From contig OZ199840.1 in the NCBI GenBank assembly GCA_964304625.1, forward strand, positions 10,943,224 to 11,007,223: a stretch of DNA of 64,000 bases, read 5' to 3'. This document shows positions 54,315 to 64,000 of the stretch, piece by piece; position 1 is the first letter of the stretch, and the number at the start of each line of letters is the position of its first letter. The DNA is from Kudoa neothunni (lineage: Eukaryota > Animalia > Cnidaria). Position numbers and translations under genes: made by a program. The notes beneath the pieces were generated by a model. The model was not told the DNA's origin, searched no databases, and saw only the letters and a program-made list of their open reading frames with translations.

Positions 54315-57300
54315 CGCGCTAATGCTAAAATACACTTTAACCCATACCCTGATTGGTACAACAAAAAAAATTTCTTATAAAAATAATTTTACTTTGCTTT
54401 AATATTGTTATATTGATTTATTTGCATATTTTGGCTATAATAGTATAATTTTGATAGTTTTTTGATAGCATAAGCATAACCTGGCACTGCTCCAAAGAAC
54501 CCTTTGTAGATGATCATCCAAGAGTCATGTAAAGGTTGAACCGGACTCCAAAAGTCCAGTCGGATTAGTTTAATCATTTTAGGGCTCAACAATTAATCGG
54601 TTAGCTGTCTTCAGACTTTATTAACACATCAAAGATGTCTTATCATTGAATATCGTATTGTACACACTGATTCGGGCTAATGACCTTAAAACTAAAATTA
54701 AGTATTTTTTAAATTCGCCGCTAATTGTAAAAAATGCAAGTTCAGTATCAGACAACATATCGAATATGAAAGTAAATATGATTCTAATAGATTTTTTCAA
54801 TTTCTTTTTTACTCGCATATTATTTAAATGAAAACTGGATAAATATCAATTAGAATAAAGACCGAAAAATCATTATGAGATTTTCTATTCTTATTTCATC
54901 ATCACAATCCGTTTCTTATATTAATTGCTTGTTGAATATACCTAATTGTAATTTTAATAAAAACCTTTAAAAAAATTTTTCACATTTTATTATAATTCGC
55001 GATTTCACACTAATATAGAATATAGCTATCAGATAATTATGTATCAACAGCAAACAGTCTAATAAATAGAAACAGATACATGACGATTGAATCAAATGGA
55101 AATCTTCGGCAGATTCATTAAAATCTAAAAAAGTTCTATTCAATTCATCAGACGCAATGCTTTAAGTGTAGGATGAATAAAATTAGTCACCGGAACCAAC
55201 AAGATCTATCATTGTAAGAAGAAAACCACATGTAAGAGATTAATTGTGCATAAAACCAAAATTAAAGTTTATAACAATAATCCACTTTAGTTAAAACTCA
55301 ACTTACAATCAAGAGAAAAAAAATTTTTCATTAATAATATAAATTTTTAAAAAAGCATAATATAATGAATTAGCGTGAAATTCAGGTGGTTTAAAACGAT
55401 GACTTATTTGAGGTTAAAATGCCAATTTAACGAGCGGGTGGGCTTGTGGAGCGCATGATAATCTGATAAATTCTATGGGCGTGCCCGAAATTAGCATGTG
55501 TCGCAAGCGCTGATTAACACATGGAGGTTTATTGGCCACCGGAAGCAGATATCTTTGCTACTTCTCGTGACCTTTCGATTCGTTCTACAGAAATCAAAAT
55601 TTTACATACTTGTTTACACGACTTTTATGTTAGCTGATTAGTTTAAAATTGATAAAAAATTTATTTTGTTGGTAAAAACACGAAACTACATTTTACCGAG
55701 TAGATCACTAATCTCCGTTTTGTTTACTGTAATAATGTGGTCTAAATCATAAATAATAGCGATAATTTAAAAATATTCAAAATTTTCATACTAAGAAAAA
55801 AATGAATGTTATTGCTGATAGTAGATCTATTCCAGAGTTTCTACAATTACAGAAAAAGTTGTATAAAACTGCCAGAACATTCCAAACGAACTGGAACAAC
55901 AAAATAGAACGGTTGTGTGGTTGTATTATTAAGAAGCGACTTTTTACATAGAATTCAACTCAAAAGAAAGCCCACATATAATTATATTTAATTCATATAT
56001 TTTTTTTAAATAATTAAATTTGTTAGTTAAATTTTTTTTTGGTAATTTCAAAATTCGTGATAATCTAATATCTAATACTGAAGTAGAATCACTGAGTGTC
56101 TACCCAAAGAAAATACTCAGGACACGTGCCTGCTGTAAACGTTGTAAACGTATTGGCTAAAATTCATTTTTTCTTAGGGCACTTGTTTCACATCCTATAA
56201 TATAGATGAGTTCATAAAGGCCCATAATCGTAAACTGAATGTAATATATTATTTAACAATATGATTTAAATAAAATGTGGGGTGTGAAAATAGTATTTTT
56301 TCTAATATTGTAGGATCCAACTTAATTTTTTTTGGGCGCGCGCTAACACAAGCATGTGAAAAATAAGTCACGACTAATCTTTCGCATTTATTTGATGATC
56401 CCCAAGGGATTACAAAGAATCGTTTACCTACTGTGTAAGGATTCTAATGTTCATAACTTTTTATCACGGCTCTAAAATGAACTAATATAGAGCGTGTGGC
56501 TCTCCACTTTGAGAGCTTTTTACGTTATTTTATGGGAATCAATTACAAAATTATTATATTTTCTTCTCATGCCCAACGATTAAATAATTATTTTAAAAAA
56601 TAAATTTTTCTCCTAATCACCTATATAAATAACCATGTAGTAAGAGTAAGAGTAAGCATTATAATATCCATTTTATACACTCCTTTCTATATCTCACTGT
56701 GAACAAATATAAATTTTAACACAAATTATCTATTATAATGTTTATTATATTTTTGATATTATTTTGTGCAGATAAAAGTAACAAAATACATCACTATTAA
56801 CGAATGTTTTTTAGACATGTAGAATATTCAAAATTTCGTCATTCTCATAACCCATTTATATTTTCAGTTTTTGTTTATTTAGATCAGAATAAGTATTTTT
56901 AGTAGCTATAAATATTTTCAGCCGAAACTGTCTCTTTATGAAAGCAATTATTGAGCGTTATTTTATGAAATGACTCATACAAAAGATATTAAGAGTAATT
57001 ATAAATTGAAAAATGTATCAATAACTGATATAATATTATTGCTAAAATTCTAATAATAATAAAAATAATCTATACCAATAAAATTTATTTGTGTAGATTA
57101 TTAAAAGAAACAACTCAGATAACAAATTAATTAAAAATTATTTTTTTTAATTGCTCAATTTTTAAAACCGAATAAATTTAACTTTTTAATTTTAAAAAAT
57201 ATTCTTATAATCTTAGAATCCTCGTTTGGTTGAGATACAATCCATTTGGTCACAAGGTTCAATTCAAATTTTTATCCATTTTTCATATGATTAGGAAATT

Positions 57301-58021
57301 ACAAATCAACTGATTAGAATCACACGTTTTTATCATTCATGCGTTCTCAAAAAGGGGTACGCGAACGAGCGTTTCCCTTACTGTCATTTAGCCTATGCGC
57401 ACGTTCTATAATATTCATTTTTGGGATTCATCAATATATTTCCGGCTTTTTTAATTTTTAACCAACTAATACTAATGCCAATCAAGTCGTTAACTATGAT
57501 AAATTCATGAATTTGGATTTCTTTGTTAAATAGTTAGAATTCATTTCCTATCCAATCATATAATTTACACAAAAGGGAATCTAAAAAAATTTTTCCATTT
57601 TTAATTTTAATTAGAATATTTTAAAAGTATTGGAAATTTTAATTGATTTTCATGAGGTTTTCGTCCGATACACACAAATAATCTTTTTCCAAAAAATGGA
57701 CTCGAAGATTTAAAAAGTACATCGAATTTAAATTATATTTTATGCTGCCAATAAAAATAATAAAGAATTTTTCATGAATTGACATATATTACTTTTAAAT
57801 TAATTAGCCTTTTTAAAGTGTATCAAAAGTCAACATATTTATACACAAAATTGACCGAAGTACATCATTACAATTGTCAATAATTATTCATACAATAGTA
57901 TTATGCAAAATATTGAATCATGTTCCAAAATTATAATCGCATCGATAAAAAACCAAAAAAATGGCGTCAAAAAATAAAATAAATATTTGATAAAAGCTTG
58001 AGAGAGTACATCGTGAATATT

Positions 58022-58659
58022 TAAATCCCACCACCACCACCACCACCATTGTGATTTAATGGGTCGAATTGAAGGGTGATCGGACGGTATGGGGTGGTTT
58101 TGTTGCATCGATAACGTCCTCCAGTATAGGAAAAAAGCGCGCGCCACACAAAATCAAAAGGAAGAAGAATATAGCCATTCTGCTGTTAAAATATGTGGAT
58201 AGATTTTTGGTTGTAAATAGGATCACGAGTAATTTTGGGCGCGGGTAATCTACTCCCCAAATCTAAGGGAATAAAAAATTTTACATAGGCAACACTTTCC
58301 GAGGTGGAATCTATTTGTTTCGGTACAGATAGAGGTGGTGGTACTTGATCAGGAATGACCGCTGGTTTATCATTACCATTGGGTTCATTCATTTTCCTTT
58401 CTTTATTGTTTGGCTCTTCGTTAGTGTTCTTATCGTCTTTTGTAATGTCCGACTTTTCATCTTTATTCTCTTCTTCGGACGATTCATTAGGTATTTTGCC
58501 CTTATTCTCATTGGCTGGTTTAACATCGGGTTGTTTCTTTTCAGATTGGTCTTTTAAGTTGGCCACTGAAGGATTTTCATCTTTTTTGACGTCATCCGAT
58601 GCGGGGATAACCAACCGACAACCGATCAGTACCAAAAGCACCAACAAATAAGCTCGCAT
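58022..58659 (-). CDS. Signal-peptide protein with D/E/K/N-rich low-complexity region, probably single-pass membrane; 3' end uncertain
   Basis: Signal peptide MRAYLLVLLVLIGCRLVIPA followed by a charged region. The downstream segment near 58120-58180 reads MAIFFFLLILCGA..FFLYW across a frame change. Confidence 0.6.
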
Positions 58660-58888
58660 ATGTAATATATGTAATTGTTCTTATGGACCAAATCAACACT
58701 TAAACTAAAATATAAATATACGATAAGCAGGATTATACAATTAGATATTACAGTTGTAAAAACTATCACTAGAAACGGGAAGGAGTTGTTGTTTACAAAC
58801 CAAACGCAATACGCAAATCTGTGGATAAGTGATAATCTGAACATGCGCATTGAGAATATTGATTGATTATTTGCGAAAACGTTTAATA

Positions 58889-59821
58889 ATGGATCCTGCA
58901 ACAGCCAAACGAAAGAGAATTGATTCTGATGGTCTTTCAGTGACAAGTCTCGATGAGAGTAGTCGATCGGTATCGGATGTTGAAGATCAAGTTGAAAAAC
59001 CGGATAAAAAGACTTCAGCCGCCAATGTGGTAACACATTTGTGCGCATTGTTTCCCGCTTCATTCCCCACATTATTTGATTAGACTGAGAAGCACCGAAA
59101 GTTGAACGAATACAAAAAATGTTTGCGAGCAGCTGGTGTTTTTGTGAGTAATTATAACAAATATTTTTCGGATTGCGAAACTGAGAGTGAGAAAATAAAA
59201 AAAATTAAACGAAATCTAATCGATATTGGCCACGACGGATCACGGATTACCTTAAATTCATGCAAAAGTCTTAAAGCTGCTAATGACGAAAAGCGCGAAC
59301 TCGAGGAACTTTCCAAAAACACTATCCTAGAAGGTAATTACTATCTTTTAATATTTCATTTGTATATATTGATATAAAATTTAATTTTTATTAATTAGGG
59401 CGCAGACGCTCTCAAACTCATCCTGCCCCCGCCAAATCAACATCTGACAACACCGATGATAACACTGATGATGAAAGTGATGATCTCAGCGATGACGATA
59501 GTGACAACGTGGAGAGTAGCGATGAATTTGTTGGCGATTCGGATGACTATCAAGAAGGCAAATTTAATTAGCATTAATGAACAAAAATATAAATTAAATT
59601 CTGCTATTAGATAATGAATCTGATGTTGAAAGCAGTAGTGATGTTGAGAAAAAAAGACCAAAAAAATCCAAACGTGCTATCAAAAGTAAACGCGCCAGGA
59701 AAAGAAGGCCAAACTCCAATCAGACACTGATAGTGATGATACTGATACAAGCGACAATGATGTTATAGATAATGAAAGCGATGAGTCAGACGAGGTGCAG
59801 TCCTCTTCGTCAACCGACTAA
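58889..59821 (+). CDS. HIRIP3: HIRIP3-like histone chaperone domain protein
   Basis: YKKCLRAAGVFVSNYNKYFSDC..EKIKKIKRNLIDIGHDG.RITLNSCKSLK..EKRELEELSKNTILEGRRR matches the HIRIP3 C-terminal pattern. Acidic tail; 4 exons. Confidence 0.7.
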
Positions 59822-60282
59822 ATTTAATGATTTATTGATTGTGTATTCGAATTATTTCGATATTTTGAACATGTTCGATTTCACTGTCGAATTCTGATGT
59901 AACTAAAACAAATATATCCGTATTCTGGTTGTTGTGGTTGTTGTGGTTGTTGTTGTTGTTGTTGAAATTTGTTGGCAATTTTTTGAGTATTGCGACTGCG
60001 TTATCTGAGAGTCGTTCAAATTTGTGCATTATATCGTCCAATAAACATATTAATTTTTGATGGATTAAAGGGTGTAGTGTTTTTGTCTCGTAGAAATCCG
60101 CGATCTAAAATTTAAACAATAATTAATCCTTTATATGCTATTTTAATCATTTTATTAATAATATAATTAGATGATTAAATTTATTAATATTTATCAAAAT
60201 TCAATGAAAAAATTAAAGATTTTTTAATAATGTACAAAATATAAAGTTTATAATAAAATATAAGGTTGTGTATTATTTAGAG

Positions 60283-60896
60283 CAGAGGTTCTCAACCATT
60301 TTTTCAATTTATCCCTCCAACTTTGATATCAAATTCATATTTATTTTATGGGTTTATAGTGATTATGCTAAGAGAGAGGTTATTTGCACCAAAAATTATT
60401 ATCTTAAAAGGCAGGTACGCCTGGGTTATGACAATTTTTAATCCCAAAACTCTTACTCACAAGCTGTTTCCGAATTAAATTTTTCTAATTTATTTTTCAC
60501 AAATTTCTTTACCCATTGGGATTAGAAATCGTTAAAAATAGTCAAAACTAATGACATTTACACGTTGTTTATCACGCAGATTGAGACTTTAAGTGTTGTT
60601 GTTGTTGTTGTTATTATTATTAGGCTACATCGTAAAAATAAACAAACCATAAGAGAAAGAGACTGTTTATAGTTTTATAAATATTCGTTAAACATTTATT
60701 ACTGAAAATTTTTTAACAATATCTTCCTGCTTATTACTATTGATTACTATTGAGTTTTATAGCCCTGAATAATATAATTCCTTAGAGATCATGAGGTGTC
60801 ACAAACCTTATTCTGTAAGAATTGTCCCTACATAGTTTTGATGTTACTTTATTCATCCCTGCCATTTAAAATTTACCCAACATTTGAGAAACCCTG
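60283..60896. mobile_element. hAT (Buster-type) MITE
   Basis: Ends CAGAGGTTCTCAAC ... TTTGAGAAACCCTG with a perfect TSD ATTTAGAG. Confidence 0.85.
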
Positions 60897-61395
60897 ATTT
60901 AGAGATAAGCTGATTTTTTGATTCAGTTTTTTGCATTATCTTGAGTGAACAATCCTTAAACAATATTTTCCAACCGATAGCGTTATTAGTCACTAGTTAC
61001 TAATTATTGGTAAACATTTTTCGTTTTCAGAAAATTTGATACTGCGTTAAAAATTAATTTTTTTATAAATGAGCGATTATTTAGAACGAAAAAATTTGAG
61101 AAAAAAATAATCATAAATATGCAATAATGTTTGTTTCGCTGAATTTCGCCAAGTCGAATAAATCATGGTTTCCTCACTGATTAATTTAATAGAAGTGACC
61201 ATTGACATGGTAAATAATATTCAGATGGCACTAATTTTTACTATATTTAATTATGCCTAAACAACTGCTTCGCTCCTATGTGTTAGAAATAATTAAATAT
61301 AGCAGATTATAAAAAATTAAATCTATAAACAATTTGTAAGTAGGAATTGCTGAGATTAAAATTCCACATTGCGCGTGCGTACATACAGTTTAGGA

Positions 61396-61586
61396 CTGCG
61401 CCTCCCAACTATAACTGGACCCTCACCCCTTCGCATACAATATACGATATATGATATACAATAAGGTGTAACTGACTTAAAATTTATCAAAAATTATTTT
61501 CAATTTTATTCGGATCTCGCACCACCTGACCTTAGACTAGAGTTCGCACCCCCTAAGGTGCGGGTGCCTCTAATTGGGAACCCCTG
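61396..61586 (-). mobile_element. hAT MITE of the same family as 22125-22249
   Basis: Perfect TSD GTTTAGGA. The reverse complement begins CAGGGGTTCCCAA and aligns with 22125-22249. Confidence 0.85.
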
Positions 61587-62479
61587 GTTTAGGACAAGAG
61601 TCACCAATGCTTTTGATTGGCGGCGGGTCGCATTTTTGATTTTCATAAGCTTCAGGAGCCGGATTAAATTATAGCTGGCTTTTTTTCAAAAAAACTGATA
61701 TAAAAATGAAAAAAGAATAAATACAACAAATAATGAATTTTAGTTTGAATGTGAAACATGAAACTGATTCCTGTCTGAGAAAAGTTTACCTCAACTCGGT
61801 ACAAAAACAATAATTACAATCTTAAGAAATGCATTAAGATGTTCAGCTAACAAATGATTGTTGTATCAAGATTTAGTGTATTTTATTTTTGGGGCCTCAA
61901 ATGGAATTTCGAACGAATTGCCGTCTATCTTATAATTAAAAAAATCGCGATATTGGTTATATTTTTTGTTGTAATTATGAATTACAATTTTTTCGCGCAT
62001 AAAATTCATAGATTAATACAGTTGAGATTGGATATTGCGTAATATTTGGAACAGTGAAAAAAATTACGTAATGTCTATGAACGCGCGTGCGCATAGAATC
62101 AGCATGTTTTTTTACACTTGTTTTACATGTTTCTCTTAGTTCTAATCAATATTAATTAATTAATTAATTATCTTATATAAGAAAATTATTTCAAGTCAAA
62201 AAAAATAAATACGTCGATTTTTATAGACAAATGAGATAATTTTCAATTGATGTCATTTTTTAGATGATAATTTAAATATTTGATTCATTATTGGTGTGAG
62301 AACTAAGATTAAAGATGCAGTTGCATGCTTTTCTGAGTTAAAATTGCGTCAAATAATATCAAATGAATACACATTATTTTTTTCTAATTTTAAAACAATA
62401 AAATCAACATTATATGGATTTTTTTGAAAATAATTGTTGTATTTTTAGTTAAAAAAATCTTTATATTTCCAAAACAAAT

Positions 62480-63590
62480 GATTTTTTTGGGGGATGTGTT
62501 GGGCACTGGCTCCGCAAGATTAGCGTTTTTATGTTCTTTGCCACCATTTTAGAATTTATTTTGTTCATTCCTGAAAAATATATCCAAATCATCGAGGAAT
62601 TTTTTGGAGGACGATACACAAAAGGTATGTTTTAAACCCTTCGAAGCACCTTGAATTTCAATATTTTCCAATTATTGATAATAGCAACTTTTCTACACAT
62701 AAAAAAGGGTGATACCAAAGTTGTTATGTTTTTTTGATAAATTTTATGATTTGTGTCACTTTCCTTCCTTCAAAATGTAACTGTTGTTCTGTAATCGCAC
62801 ATAAAACATAGAGGTATCATCAATATTTATTATATATCTTGGACTATAGGTGTTTATCAAATTTTTATTTTCATAGATCCACTAATTAATAGATGCAAGA
62901 ATGCCGCTCGCAGCTTCACTATGAAAATGTTTAAAAATAGTTCCAATCTTTTATTAGAAATTTTCTACGCATCCCTTGCTTTCTTTATAATTTTGAACTT
63001 TATTCTTTTTTGCAATGATAATAAACATTATATGAATAAGTCCCCAGAAATAATGTGATCATTCGTGCGAGTTTTGATAAATCATTGACAAACTTCTTCA
63101 CCTGTGCCGATGAATCTCTTATTTAAATGTCTTTCCTGTTTTCTAAAACGTCTGAATTTTTCAGCTTGATTTCATGAGAAGGAATTCTGTCAAAATTGAA
63201 TGTCCTCAAATATGTATATATTCATATATAACAAAAATAACCATATCATTAAGGATAAATTTTTCAACCTTCATTTTTATGGCACCTTTGATTGTTTTTA
63301 TTGAGGTTAAACACCGTATTATTCTAATTTTCTCGATAACATCACATTGTTTCCTCTATATATTGAGGGTAAAATTACGCAATATCGAGTTACATTAATT
63401 TTTTCCTTACGCAATAAAAATTCGGGGACAAATTGAAAATATATTGTTTTATTTTCATTCGTAAATTACTAATCTGCTAAATGAACTAATAATAATAATA
63501 ATAATAGTTATTTAAAATTAATCTCGAATGTAATCTTATTACACTCAAGTTGTGTAGATGCTCAGGGGGGTGTCCATTTTCCGAGGTTAA
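62480..63590 (-). mobile_element. Possible heavily decayed Mutator-like transposase relic
   Basis: Weak minus-strand fragments (FMCDY, FEGFKTY, WQRT*K) and a GGGGGGTGTCCATTTTCC end-like sequence near 63565. Confidence 0.25.
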
Positions 63591-64000
63591 AATTTTGTTC
63601 CTTTTTGCTTAACCACCATTTGGATATAAATATTAATTGTATAAAATACTAGAAAATATCTAAGGAATGTTAATTATTGCTTCATCATTTAAAATTAATA
63701 ATATCGAACCAATTTAACTCATAAGTTTAAATATCAAGAATTTTAAATTATAAGAAACATAAGAATCAAATTAACCTTAAATGTGTATCTTATCGAATCA
63801 TATGTTCTACTCTCCAAATTTTGCAATATTAGCGCGTAGATTTTCTGTTTTAATTTAATTATAATCAAATAAAAACCATTATAAGGAACTAAATGAAGAG
63901 TCTTTATCGACACTCATTTACTAAAGTAATGTACAGATAACTTTCAACGAACAAATCCAGATAGGTGTGTGCGAATGTATTAGAATATTAAGGGAGATAT

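Noticed and set aside
55365-55600. GC-richer patch with box-like words (possible U3 or C/D snoRNA)
   Set aside because: Box order and terminal stem are not convincing; it may be transposon debris.
57884-58147. ORF with a WWWWWW run
   Set aside because: This comes from a (TGG)n microsatellite at the 3' end of the 58659 gene, probably not read in this frame.
1209-63398. Numerous short antisense or AT-rich ORFs in the track (e.g. 1209-1532, 4451-4862, 12912, 27099, 34584, 53753-54831, 61854)
   Set aside because: They are shadows of real exons or chance ORFs in AT-rich or transposon DNA, with no recognisable motifs.
1-64000. CRISPR arrays, operons, rRNA genes or an alternative genetic code
   Set aside because: No repeat-spacer arrays or rRNA were seen. 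The fragmented ORFs are explained by short GT-AG introns under the standard code.

Overview
Very AT-rich eukaryotic DNA with mostly tiny (about 25-65 nt) GT-AG introns and highly divergent animal-type genes. This pattern suggests a reduced-genome parasite such as a myxozoan (inference only). The window has two zones. From 1 to about 34 kb is an accessory, transposon-rich zone holding a co-oriented array of four paralogous genes (about 990-3942, 6510-9421, 15317-18194, 29565-32372). They encode a type I cell-surface protein family I do not recognise: signal peptide, Cys-rich fibronectin-III-like modules on phase-1 exons, a conserved 15-nt micro-exon, one TM helix and a very short tail. An orphan type II membrane protein also lies here. 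From about 35 to 60 kb is a compact housekeeping zone: CHAF1B, UBE2H, UBE2N, a degenerate micro-exon SIK/MARK-like kinase, an Mn-SOD homologue with an altered active site, SNF8 (3-kb last intron), SNAPC1, a secreted/membrane protein and a HIRIP3-like gene. Many DNA-transposon relics are recognisable from terminal inverted repeats (TIRs), target-site duplications (TSDs) or transposase motifs (hAT/Buster, Merlin, piggyBac, Helitron, possible mariner and MULE). Two large AT-rich microsatellites are present. All gene models were spliced by eye and no database searches were run.
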